From Camelus dromedarius (lineage: Eukaryota), in the NCBI RefSeq assembly GCF_036321535.1, contig NC_087463.1, positions 5,580,001 to 5,644,000 on the forward strand: DNA of 64,000 nucleotides, given 5' to 3'. Made by a program: the position numbers and the translations under genes. Under the pieces are notes generated by a model, which had not been told where the DNA came from, searched no databases, and saw nothing but the letters and a program-made list of their open reading frames with translations. Shown one piece after another: positions 47,885 to 59,478 of the stretch (the first letter of the stretch is position 1; each line of letters starts with the position of its first letter).

Positions 47885-48360
47885 AGCAAATGTTAACATT
47901 CTTTTATTTGCTCCAGATTTTGAGACTGAGAAGAAAGAAATATCTAGAAGGGATTCAGGAGTCTGAGGTCCCTTCCCCATTCTGTCCCCGCCCTCCCCGG
48001 AGGCCAGCCCTGGCAGCATTTTGCGTGTATGCCCGTCCCATCCTTGCGTTCACACATGGCTATGTTCATGTGAGTCCATTAATCGCTGTGTAGGATTTGT
48101 TTACGTGCCATTGGATCTACATAAATCGTGTCTTAATCAACATATTGTTCACAATTTGCCCATTTTACTCAACATTTCTGCTTGGGGAATCTTACTGATA
48201 ATTCAACTTGACTTTCTTTAACTGCTCTAGAGAACATCATCGTATTTTTTTAATCCATCTCCATGGATGGGCATTTTGCTTAGAGCTTTTTCATTTTTTG
48301 GTCATTTATTATTATTTTTATTTTTAATTTTTTTATGCAAACAATGCTGCACTGAAATCC
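47885..48360 (-). mobile_element. Old L1ME-type 3' UTR fragment
   Basis: AAATGTTAACATT..TGTTCACAATTTGCCCATTTTACTCAACAT..GATGGGCATTT..AAACAATGCTGCACTGAAATCC. Confidence 0.65.
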
Positions 48361-48469
48361 TATTTCTAGAGGCACACAGTTCATTCTCCTGTTGTAGAGA
48401 ATGAAGAGACACTCCACTTCAGTCCAAATGCCATTAAGTCTCTATCACATACAGAACACAAAACTGAAT

Positions 48470-48830
48470 ACAGCGAGTAACAAAGGGTGTATCCAGAAGA
48501 GCTCCTGCCTTGGAGAAGCTTACGGTCTGGAAGGAGGGATAAGCCTGGTAGAAGCCTGTGTGTTAAAAACTCCAGGACGGGGCCCAGACAACATACATGC
48601 AATTAAGAGATAAGGTGGAGTTGATTCAATACAGAGGAGTTGAAGGCAGTGAGATTAAGTCAAAAATCTACATGGATATGGATCGTATCAGGAAAGCTTT
48701 CTTAAAAGAACTTGATCCTGACTGGGGCCTCAAAGAAAATACAAGATTGAAGTGCTCAGAGAACAGGAGAGAGGGCATTCCTGGCAGGGCCCGTGTAAGC
48801 AAGTGCCCTGGGGCAGGACTAAGCCTGGAA
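48470..48830 (-). mobile_element. L2 fragment
   Basis: CCTGCCTTGGAGAAGCTTACGGTCTGG..ATCAGGAAAGCTTTCTTAAAAGA..GAGGGCATTCCTGGCAGGG. Confidence 0.6.
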
Positions 48831-49198
48831 TGTGAATGTCTGGTCTGGCTGGAGCGCCTGGCGGCGAGGAGCGGGGAAGCTCTTCTTTCACTTGCAAAGT
48901 TGAGCTCAGGCCCGCTTTCCGGCTGGTGTCCACGTGGCCTGTCGCCCTGGGCAGCCAGCCCGGGTGGTATTTTTCCATTACCCTGAGCAGGGAAGAAGTT
49001 CAGTCACTTGTTGATAGCAATGTGACCATTCAAGGAGAAAACAATTAGGGCTGTTGACCTGTGGGCCTTCCAGAGGGAGGGAGGGAAGGAAAAAATTCTC
49101 CCCAGGGGGAAGGGGCCGGGTGGGAAACATCCAAGAGGGTAATTGGTAAATATTATTGTTTCATTCCATGTTTGCCTGCTCCGCGCGGGTCCCTCTGC

Positions 49199-49378
49199 NN
49201 NNNNNNNNNNNNNNNNNNNNNNNNNNNNNNNNNNNNNNNNNNNNNNNNNNNNNNNNNNNNNNNNNNNNNNNNNNNNNNNNNNNNNNNNNNNNNNNNNNNN
49301 NNNNNNNNNNNNNNNNNNNNNNNNNNNNNNNNNNNNNNNNNNNNNNNNNNNNNNNNNNNNNNNNNNNNNNNNNNNNNN
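49199..49378. other. Assembly gap (180 N) in non-repeat, GC-rich context
   Basis: N run flanked by CCGCGCGGGTCCCTCTGC and GGCTGGCAGGGCCCC. Confidence 1.
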
Positions 49379-49642
49379 GGCTGGCAGGGCCCCACCAGGC
49401 CCTGATGAGATGGTTGGTGGAAAGGTCTGGGCCCTCACAGGCAGCGTGACAAAACTTTTGCCCCTTTCAGAATGAGAGTTAGGTGGTCTCCGGGGATGTG
49501 TGATGTCAGCCAGGCCCGCGTTTCCTGCTGGCTCATAGTGGGCGCTCTTGTCAGTGTCACCCAGACCCTGTCCCACATCCAAGCCTCCTGTGGGCCCAGG
49601 GACAGCGTTAGAGGGAGCTCCCAGGTGGGGCCAATGGGTGCG

Positions 49643-50947
49643 CCGGGCAGACCCAGCTTGTGGGAGCCAGAAACTTTCCCAATTTAGGGGACCCTCTTCT
49701 AGAAAAAGATTTCAAAATTCCAAATACGAATTATACTTGAAAGCGAAATCACATTTATAAAGAGACAAGAAATCACAACACATAACAAATTTTAAAAAGC
49801 TGACAAATTCCACAGGCATCCCCAAATCTAAAATAAGTGACACTCATCTGTAATATTTTTCTTCCTACCTTTTCTTTTTTTGAGCTACAAACTCTTTGAT
49901 CATCTTTACATGACGATCATTTTTCAATCTCATTTTTATAGAGAGAATACAAAGATAATTCAGTCTCCCCTCGAACTAGTTGATCCAATTTTGTGTTTTA
50001 TTATTCACGATTTGAAAAGGTTCCTTTCCGTCTCACAATTTGTCACTGGTAAATGCCATGTGAATTTTCAGAATTGTTATCAACTTTGGGAAAACCTCTG
50101 TCAAGTATCTTTCCTGCGTGAGCTATGAGATTTCAGGGCATTTCAACTTCTCTTTTACAGCGACAAATCTAAAATACTCTGTGAATTGATGAAACTCACT
50201 AACCAGATTGTCATCGATGCCTCATTGTAGTGGCGTGTAATGACTTTTATGTTATCTCCGTCAGTGTCAGTATTTCCTGTCAAATCAGCAAGACATTTAA
50301 ACGTGGGGATTCTGATAAATTCTGTGTCAGTAATTCCCATCAAGACAGAGACCAAATGAATGGTGCATTTATAATTGTATTACTTTGCATGATTGAGTAT
50401 ATTCCTGACAGAAGAGAGCTTTCATTTTGAGCAGGCGGTGATGGGAACAGAATCCTGTGATTTCACCAGCCTGACAACTGGAGGAATTCCCCAACAATGG
50501 CTCCGTATGCCCCCCTCTCCCCATGCACTTCCAGGACCCGGCACCATAGGACATGCTCACTCAGGGCTCCCTTTGTGACCCCACCCAGGGTCTGTCTGCG
50601 CAGGGGAGCCCGGCATTCCTGGAAGCCTTCCCCCGACAGTGGCAGCTAGTGACATGTCCACACACAAAGAATCAACTAAACGCCATAGGTTATTCACAGC
50701 CAAACCAACACACTTCCAACTCAATGTCCCCTTAGCTAGTTTCCAAAGGGGCCACTTTGATGCCCCCAAAATGAGAATGGTATGACGGGGACAAATCAGA
50801 GGTGAAAGAAACAGTGATATTAACAGATTGTAGTTAAAATACTTACATTCACCAATGATATGAAAACATATGACCGCGTAATCACACTGTGCTGATGGCA
50901 GGCCCTGAAGTTTAAGTGTCCCCAGCGTCACAGGAAGTTCAGTTCCG
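49643..50947 (-). mobile_element. hAT-Tip100 DNA transposon fossil (Arthur1/MER69-like)
   Basis: Minus strand 50215-49870 gives DDNLVSEFHQF..TEVFPKLITILKI, then after frameshifts PVTNCETERN, RLNYLCILSI and IKEFVAQKRK (hAT dimerisation domain). Termini resemble Arthur1. Confidence 0.85.
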
Positions 50948-51919
50948 CACACTATGGAAGATCTGGGTGGAGCCTGGGATGTCAGGGAATTAACTAACTA
51001 CGCACCTGGAGACATAAAAACAGCACAGGACAACCCACAAGCCAAACATGACAAGGAAGCTGAAGGGCCTTTGTGCGGGGCCGCCTTTGGGGTTCAGACA
51101 AGCAGGTGGTCAGGGTGTGATGGGAAACCAGGAAGGCAGGAGGTGGACCTGGACCTGGGTAGGATTCAGGGGCTGAAGAGCACACCTGTGTGTGTGTGTG
51201 TGTACACGTGTGCCTCTGTGAGCCTGTATGCTTGGCCATGTGTTGTGTGCCCATGAGCCCCTGCGAGCATGTGCAGGGAGGGAAGTCAGGGATCAGCATG
51301 AAGTCTGCAGGAGGAACAGCCAAGCCTGATAGTGGATGTGCAGAGGACACCGAGGCCCGACAAGGCAAGGCAGCTGGGCCCAGCTTCCACAGCCGGTCAG
51401 GGACAGACCACAGAGCCATGCCCAGGGCTCCCGACACCACGTCCAAGGTGCTTCCCAGCACCTGGGGCTCCTGTCCAGGGCTGTGCCTGTGTACCTGATG
51501 GGTTTCTCTGCAGAGAGCACCCTCCTGGGCTCAGGAAAGGATGCAGATGAAAACTGCTGGAGTCCTGCCTCTCCTGGGGGTCACTCTGTTGTCATAATCA
51601 CTCAGCCAGCCCTGCCCTTTGACCCTGCCCCCATTTAAAGCCACAAGCACCAGGTGCCAGGCCGAGAGCTGAGTTCAGAGGAGATGCACTTTTTGCTTCA
51701 GTGGCAGAGTGGTGACACCTTGTGTGCGACTTCTTTAAGGAAACAAAGTGGGTGTGGGTCATCTCCGTGTGAGAAGTAAGAGCTCTAGGTAATGTGTGCA
51801 TTGCTTCAGGTGAGGAAATGATGTGGAATAACTCAAATGTCAGTTGAGGAAGAATATCAAGGAATGATAGTAACTTCAGTTTTCCGGCCCTGCGCTAGGC
51901 GGTCCGCAGTCTCCGATGG

Positions 51920-52056
51920 TAACTCTCTGATCCTGCCCGTTTTATAGGCAAGGAAATTGAGGCTCAGAGAAGGGGAGGATTTGCCCAAGTCACACAGGTA
52001 GAAGTAACAGGGCCAGAGGGTCTGATTTCAGAGTCTGTGTCTTAAACCACTGTGAC
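51920..52056 (-). mobile_element. MIR
   Basis: AAGGAAATTGAGGCTCAGA..GATTTGCCCAAGTCACACAGG..CTTAAACCACTG. Confidence 0.75.
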
Positions 52057-52189
52057 CTACTGTCCTCAATGGACAAAAGTGGGGGTAATTCTCCCAGAAG
52101 CACAGAACCTTGACCAAACCCCCGAAAACATGGGACCACTTAAAATTACCTCTAAGTAGAAAGCTGAAGGTAGCCGTCTCCCTGCTGTC

Positions 52190-52290
52190 ATCACTCACAC
52201 ACACACAGGGAACACACATACACCACACACACACCCAACACATGGACCACACACGTCCACCACACACACACACACACACACGTCCACACC
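52190..52290. repeat. Interrupted (CA)n tract
   Basis: CA runs with two CACACGTCCA interruptions. Confidence 0.85.
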
Positions 52291-52746
52291 ACTGTCTCTC
52301 TGACCTGGCCAGATGTCCTGCCCTGACAATTAAGTCTCCCGCCAGTTGGCTACTGATCTTTGACTCATTTAATCTCCAAGTGAACCTTCAGTACTTACAG
52401 CTGTTGCCTCTTAATATTTCAGGGTATTAAAGGGCAAATCTGGGGTGCCAGAGAGTCTATCTCCATCAGCAGATAACTGCAGGACGGGGCAGGCTGAAAA
52501 TACTTCCAGCTTTACTCAGAAGGCCAGGTTTCTGAGAGGCGCTGGAGAGGGCTAGGGGCAAGGCGAAAGGTTTTCAGAGTGTGTGTGTGCGTGTGTGTGT
52601 GTTCAAGCTATTTTCGGGTGACACTAAAGTTGAAGCCTTAAGTGGTCAAAGGGAGTCTGGTGATTTATTGGGGTTGAGTATTTGAGATCTCAAAGCCAAC
52701 CATTCTATGACTCTTGTCTCATTTTACAGCTGGCACACGTGCACAT

Positions 52747-52786
52747 TGTGTGTGTGTGTGTGTGTGTGCGCGCGCGCGCATGCACA
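52747..52786. repeat. (TG)n(CG)n microsatellite
   Basis: 40 bp of uninterrupted purine-pyrimidine alternation. Confidence 0.95.
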
Positions 52787-53981
52787 ACTCACAAAGAAAG
52801 AACCAGAGAGTTAGTCTGACTCAGGCTGACGGATACCAGTTCCAAATTTTCTCTGCAACTCTGTTTACCATTGTTCATGCCAAGAAGTAAAGGCCAACAC
52901 CGCCTCCCAGACTGAAGTCATAAATCTCAGGCCTGTGGGAACAGGGCCCACCCTTCCCCAGCAGAGATAGACAGAGACGCGGGCCCAGACACACGGAGCG
53001 TGGAAACTTCCACTGGCCTGCATTTGACCTCCCCAGTTCTGCGTCTTAAAGGGACCCCGGCTGACAGAGAGCAAGCTGGCTGGCCAGCCCAGACCCGTCT
53101 GCCGGCTTTGAGCTGTTGTCCTGTCTCACTGGATACCTAGGATGCCCGAAAACTCGGGAAGGAGTCAGGGAGCCCCTTAAGCTCAGGAGCCTGAGGTCAT
53201 TTTCGGTCCATTTCTGAAAGAACCAGCCTCTGTCTGGGGGTGAGCCTGGCGAGTGTGCGGCACGGGGGCGGGACCCCTGGGCCTTCGAGGCTCTGCCCCG
53301 AGCAAGCTGCCCACCTCCTGGGTCTCCACCTTTGCCGGCCCCTTCATGGAAGAGTTGTTGGGTTCAAAGTCAAAATGGTTGGTTACCTCAAGAGGAGGCC
53401 TGTAAAAACAGAAAAGGAAAAAAAAAAAAGTAAAAGTCCAGGCAAGTGTAGGTAATTTGTGAACCACAAACCCGCCCCAGGGTCTTCGGAGAGGACAGTG
53501 AGGACGTGGAGAAGGGCCGCCGTGGCCTCTCAGAACCTGCCCCCCAGCGTCACAGGGCGCGGCCCGGGCTGGTCCGAGCGCTCAGTTACTGCGGTTGAAG
53601 CGGGCGGTGTTGGGCTGTCCTCACCCCCTCATGCAGACGCTCATGGAAGCGCCCTGCACCCGCTGCTGGGAGGCTTGGGGGACTGGGCCCCCAGCACTAT
53701 GAGCAGCCTCCTCTCTGCCTTTTCCCTCACATACCCAAGAGCCTTCCCTTCCATGGCCACCCCCAACAGGGCCTTACCTCACCCATTCCCCACCCTTTCT
53801 GCATTCTGAGATTCGTGGCCTGTGGCTGTGGGACTGTGCAGATTGGGGAGCTCTGTGATGGCGTCAGTACATCACTGGCTGGTGCCTGGTGCTGTGGCTG
53901 CCCAATATGGTACCGCCACCAGAAAAGCCAGAGGCCCGGCCTGGCCTTGCCTTCAGAGAGCGTGCAGTCTGACCAGGGGAG

Positions 53982-54391
53982 TGTGGGTGCCATTAACGCT
54001 GTTGGCTGAACGTTTCTGGTCCTGCCCTCATTCAAGGCCTTGGGTAGGATTACACTTCGGCTCATTGTGGTGGGCGGAGTCATGAGAATGGTTCTGGCCA
54101 ATGAGCTGTGAGCTGAAGTGTCATGTCACTTCCAAACCAGAACATCTAACTGCTGACACCAAGACCTCACAAGTGTTTTATCTTTGTCATGAGGACTAGC
54201 TGTTTCAAGAAAGCAGCTCCTTCATCAGCCTGAGTCCCTGAAGGACAATGTTGATCTGAGGCTACTCCCTCACCCGCCAGAGACCACGTCAGACATTTAG
54301 TACGAGCAAGAAATAAGCCTATGTTGTTTTAATCCACAGAGACTTGGGGGGCTGTCACTGCAGTACAACCTAACCTACCCTGATGGGTACA
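53982..54391 (+). mobile_element. MaLR solo LTR, MLT1I-like
   Basis: TGTGGGTGCCATTAACGCTGTT..TTCTGGCCAATGAGCTGTGAGC..GAGCAAGAAATAAGCC..CCTACCCTGATGGGTACA. Confidence 0.85.
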
Positions 54392-54638
54392 GAGACACAT
54401 AGAGTATAGGTCTTGGACAAGGTGAGAGTAATAAAAAGCTGTGGATAGTCATATTCTGAGTGTTCCAGGATTGGCAATCTGGTAAATTCCAGATGCAGTA
54501 AAAGAAGAGGAATTTATTGTAAACTGGACATGGTCAAAGAGCACTTCCAGGAGCCTGTCTAGGATTTAAATTAGATTGATGGGAAGAAAATGGTAGGAAA
54601 TGCTCACCTCTCCCAGTTCTCCTTAAAACTTGGGCACT

Positions 54639-55074
54639 ATACAATGGAATACTACTCAGCCACGAAAAAGAATAAAATAATTCCATTTGCAGCAACATGG
54701 ATGGACCTGGAGATTGTCGTTCTAAGTGAAGTAAGGCAGAAAGAGAAAGAAAACTATCATGATATCGCTTATATGTGGAATCTTTTAAAAAAAAAAGACA
54801 CAGGTGAACTTATCTACAAAACAGAAACAGACTCGCAGACATAGAAAGAGGACAAACTTATGGTTACCAGGGGGTAAAGGGGGTGGGAAGGGATAAATTG
54901 GGAATTCAAAATTTGCACCTCTTGGGGAGTGATGGAAATGTTAGCTTTCTTAACTGTGGTGGTGGTTTCATGGGTTTATACATCTGTCAAAATTCATCAA
55001 ATTGTACATCTGAAATATGTGCAGTTTACTGTACAGGAATCATACCACAATAATGGTGTTACAAAAAAGAAAAC
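54639..55074 (+). mobile_element. 5'-truncated L1 with a chimeric 3' end, bounded by a TSD
   Basis: Translates YTMEYYSATKKNKIIPFAATWMDLEIVVLSEVRQKEK; TSD AAACTTGGGCACT (54626-54638) and AAATTTGGGCACT (55075-55087), at a TT|AAAA site. Confidence 0.9.
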
Positions 55075-55844
55075 AAATTTGGGCACTTATTTCAGCCTAA
55101 ATGCATGTCCAACATTTCATTAGTTAGGAGGGAACCAGGCTTCAGCTGCATCCATCATGACCCCATATCTCCTCATCCCAACTGCCTCTCAACACACGCC
55201 TTTAATTTTCTATTTATTTCTATCTTCTCTCACCCTTACCTCAAGTGAGAAAATGTGGTATCCTCTTCCTGTCTACATCCAATCCATCCCAAGAACTCTC
55301 CGGGGTTCAATTCTCAATGATCCATCCTCCCCTCTCCTGTGTTTATACCTCCCTCTGTACTGGTTCCCGTCAACAGCCGGTAAATGTTCTCAAATGCCTC
55401 TCTGTTTGAAATAAAAACCATCTCTTAGCTTTGAATCAATCTCTTTACTTTAGTCTAAATGATTAATTCATATACCAATTCTAGACTTCCTTATTCCTTT
55501 AGAATCCACTATGAGCTTCCTTCTCACAAAATAGAATTCAAGATTTAGCGATCAGATGCTATAAAAAGCAATTCAAGGTATATTAAATCTCTACTTCATA
55601 TCTCACCCCTGGCCAGGGTTAGCCACATCACAATATATCTGGGAAATCAATATTCTATGAAATAGGGATTTCAAGAGTAAAGTTTACCTTGGCTGGCTAT
55701 GTGTGGGTAATTAGGCATGCTGTAGTGATAATAGATCTGATTTAGTACGAAATGCTAGTGTCATTATGGTAAAATAATTTGGCTCATTAATTTGTCTGCC
55801 AAGAGTGCTGGTCTACACCCTTACCCACTCTCAATGACAGTGGG

Positions 55845-55960
55845 AGATGGAGCCCTGGGGTGGAAATCAGGAGTCCTGGGTTCCCATCCCAGCCACCAGC
55901 TAACCAGCTGTCTGATCTTGAGCCAATCACATGCCTTCTTCAGGCTTCAATTTCTAGCCC
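55845..55960 (+). mobile_element. MIR
   Basis: GGAAATCAGGAGTCCTGGGTTCCCATCCCAGCC..CTAACCAGCTGTCTGATCTTGAGC. Confidence 0.7.
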
Positions 55961-56234
55961 ACCCACCTCCATCCTTAATCAAGATGCTGACTAAAAGTCA
56001 TGCGTCGGCCTTTAAAACCGCAATGCTCTTTGATTCTTTCTTATCATCCTTTTCCGTGCTAAATTGTAGAGTTGTCAAGAATGAAGAAAGAATTGGAATT
56101 GTATCAATTTGTTCCAGATAAGCAGTAACAAAGTATCTTTCATCCTATAGCAAGTGTGTGCCATTGAGGGGGACCAGCTGGTGAGGGATTGATTTGGGCT
56201 GATGTGTGGTTAGCATCTCTTAACAGAAGAAGTG

Positions 56235-56335
56235 TAGGAAGAGTGCAGCACTCTGGTCTTATCCCAGCAACATCCCTATTAGCCGTGTGACCCTGAACCT
56301 GTCACTTAACCACTCTGGGCTGCCTTTTGGGCTCT
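56235..56335 (+). mobile_element. MIR
   Basis: TTAGCCGTGTGACCCTGAACCTGTCACTTAACCACTCTGGGC. Confidence 0.55.
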
Positions 56336-56446
56336 AAAATTCCATGGCATCTTACGTGTTCCTGAAGACCCAGTCTGCAGTCTCTCTAAACCCTCACCTC
56401 ACCCTCATCTTGAAATGAAGCTCTTCTTGGATTATATGGTTGGTAC

Positions 56447-57007
56447 TGTCAACTGAAATAAAATGCACAGCCTAAAAGTTGAGAGCTATGTTTTATTCAG
56501 CAGACATTTCTGAGGGCTTAAGACTTAAGCCCGGGATGACAGCCTCTCAGATCGCTCTGAGGGACTGCTCCAAAGTAACAAGATAGAAGCCAGGATATAT
56601 GAGCTCTTGCAACAAAGACCAGATAGTCAGAACATCAACAGATGTTAATTAATTAACATCAATCGATCATAATCATAATCAAATCAAATCATAATTAAAA
56701 GATGTTAATTAAAGAAAACTAGAGATCTCAAGTTAAGGAATTTAGTGCTTCTCTATTTATGGGAAGGTGCAAAGATCTGGGGTCACTGAAATCATTTCTT
56801 TGATATGCACCTGGCTCTCTAGGGCCAGCGTCCTGTCCTTTCCCGTCCTGAGTTCCTGCAGAGCGCACCGCTGCGGAGGCCAGGCTGCCTGCTCCTATGC
56901 ATCTGAGTTCCGTCCGCTCACTGTCAGGGGTCACAGTAGCAGCTGATGACTTGATGGCCACAGCATCCTTTGTTTACCAATAAGGCTTGAAATATTTTTC
57001 ATTCTCA
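56447..57007 (-). mobile_element. ERV1-class solo LTR (cetartiodactyl type) with perfect 4-bp TSD
   Basis: TGTCAACTG...ATTCTCA ends; TSD GTAC at 56443-56446 and 57008-57011; minus-strand AATAAA near the left end. Confidence 0.9.
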
Positions 57008-57509
57008 GTACTTAACGCAAATGATGGGTTTTAAAGCATCATGGCAGAGGTCCTTCCTCTCACCTCCCAAACTTCCTACTCTAAGACCACCCAAGCCTAA
57101 ATGAACTCAAACACTGGGCTCTGAGAGTGACAAGGGAGTGAAACAGCGGCTTAGAGAAGTCAGAGCCTACAGGCACTGAGTCCACTGTTTTCTGATTCAC
57201 AGCACGTTGGTAACTCGGAATTACAAGTCCTTTAAAAAGTAGTCATACTTTAGGTTACATGTTGTGTTGAAGTCTGCAAGCAGTGTGACTTCCATCAATT
57301 TCCTTGATCCTCACAAGACTCTCATTCTCAGTTCTCCTGTCTGGGACCTTTGGCAGCACCCAGGAGGACCATGCACCTCCTCCTGGAGCACCGTGTGACA
57401 GCAGTATTGTGAAGCAAAGGTGAGGAAGGCGTTAAGGAACGTGAGGTTGTAAATAAGGTTTCCTTGTTTCTACATGAAGCAAACGCAGATGAATTACAGA
57501 GTCGGTTCT

Positions 57510-57640
57510 GTCTCCTTCCGCTAGAGTAGAAACAAGAGGAGATCAGGGTCTTTTTATGGTGGTTGTTCTTGTTGAGTCCCCAGTGCCACAACAGTGCCAT
57601 GCAGAGGAGTACAATTTTGATGAATGAGTGAATGCACACT
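57510..57640 (+). mobile_element. L2 3' end
   Basis: GCTAGAGTAGAAAC..GATCAGGGTC..CCCCAGTGCC..GATGAATGAGTGAATG. Confidence 0.55.
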
Positions 57641-58590
57641 GTATATGAATTTTTAGGCTAAAACCGGAGACTTTGGGGAAATGGTGTCATCAAAGGCATG
57701 TCACTTTAAGCTCTAACACTAGACTCCTTGCAGTTTATTAGTTCAATAGCCCTTCCCTTTAGGGCACTTCCTGAAGACTAGAAATTAGGGTATGATTCAC
57801 CCCGCTTTACAGAGGAGGAAAGGATGCTCTATGAATGAAAAAACATACTCAAGCATATACAATCCAGAAGGAATGGAGGCCAGGACTAGAACACATGCCA
57901 ACTTGACACTCATTTATTTAGTAAACTCTGTGTGCCGAACATTGGGTAATTGCACTTTTAAACACAATGGAGCCACAAGGGACTTCCACTCCCCGCTGGA
58001 TTTCCTCCTGGCAACTCTGCTCATCTCTCTCTTGAGAGCTGCCCACACCCAGGCCTGGCCTGGGGGTGCCTGCCCTTCGAGACGCTATGCCAAAAAGCTT
58101 CCGTCTTCCCTCTCAGGTCCTGACAATAGGCTTGGCATCCTTTTTCAATTCCAAAGATACACTGGTAGTTTCTATGGGGCTACAGAGGCGAGTATAAATA
58201 GCAAACATGTGATGGTTATAAAATCTAAGAAATTAGGCGGCAGTTTTACACTTACGGTCCGATGTGTAATTCCTGACTCCTTACTGGGCGCAGAAGTCTT
58301 GAGAGGCCTAGACCCAGAGTCCTTTCCGCTGCCCCACCACACCTTACGCTTTCTTCTCTGGGTCCATGTCTTCTAATATGCCAGCCAAGATCACTCACGT
58401 CTGCCAGACTCCTCGGCCTGCCAAGGCCATGGCCACCTGCTCTTATTATCTGAAGAGCCACCAAAACCCAGAGACAACTGATGTCTGAAACAACAGAAAC
58501 ATGTCCTCATTGGGCAGAACATATGACACGTAGCTGAGTTTGGTTGAACACTATCTGAGGCCTTTGATCTTCTGCTGGGCCCTCCAGAGA

Positions 58591-58769
58591 CAGCAGTTCA
58601 CAACACTGGATGCCTACCAGAATCCAGGGGGTCTCCACCCTGGACCAAGTGAATCGAAATCTCTGGGGTAGAGTCCAGATATAGTTTAAAAACAAAATCT
58701 AGAAAGGGTCTAGGATTTTTTTAAAGCTCCCCAGTGATCCTAATATTCAGCCAGGATTGAGAACCGCTG
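58591..58769. mobile_element. MER5A1-like hAT MITE
   Basis: CAGCAGTTCACAAC...AAAGCTCCCCAGTGATCCTAATATTCAGCCAGGATTGAGAACCGCTG. Confidence 0.8.
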
Positions 58770-59049
58770 CTGTGATGGACTCGCTTCCTTTCCTCTGGGG
58801 TATCTGAAACTTTGTGGTCAGGCTAGTCTTTAAAACTAGGAGGAGTTAATTAGCACATGTGCATTTAGACTGGCTCCACTGAGGCAGCCAAAGCAGTTCC
58901 CAGGATAAGTTTCAAGGGTTCAGGCCTCAGACTCAGAAGGTTTCAGTTCTTCTTTCCTGAAAGCATGTGATCAAATGTCCCGAACACATCACCAAGTGAG
59001 TACTCACTGAGCCTACAAAAATATAAATATGACCAATGACCTCTTATGC

Positions 59050-59390
59050 CAGATTCCTCACTCAGAGTTTCCAGAGTCCTTTGCCCACCATCAAGACTCT
59101 CGACGCCTGGCCCCAACATCCTGTTCAAACTTTCTTCTACTGTATCCCTCGACACAGACCCAACTCCTGGTAGATGGTCCCCATCTACACCCCCATTTTA
59201 GTCTGCAGATCTAATCCCAGCATTCATCTGCCTGGGCCGATCAGAAGTACCTTTCCCTACTATCTGTCTCTCTGCAGCCTAACTTTAAATCCCAACTCAA
59301 AATCATCTTTGACGTGCAGAATTCTGTAGGACCACACGGGCTCCCAGAAGCTGCTTCCTCTTCTGAGCTCAGTGTCCCTCACACGTAACA
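59050..59390 (+). mobile_element. L2 fragment
   Basis: CTGGCCCCAACATCCTGTTCAAAC..TTTAAATCCCAACTCAAAATCATCTT. Confidence 0.45.
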
Positions 59391-59478
59391 TTTATTCTGA
59401 CACTTCAGATACGCTAGGTGGGCAAATGTGTGTACATTCCCTAATGGGCTGTAACTCCTACATATGGTAGAAATCAAG

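Noticed and set aside
49004-49582. ORFs spanning N runs (also at 6758 and 59861)
   Set aside because: Open only because X codons cannot be stops.
53690-53710. REST/NRSE-like sequence
   Set aside because: Four or more mismatches, including the GGACAG core.
57792-58376. 194-aa ORF
   Set aside because: Begins in a MIR remnant; no recognisable protein features or codon bias.
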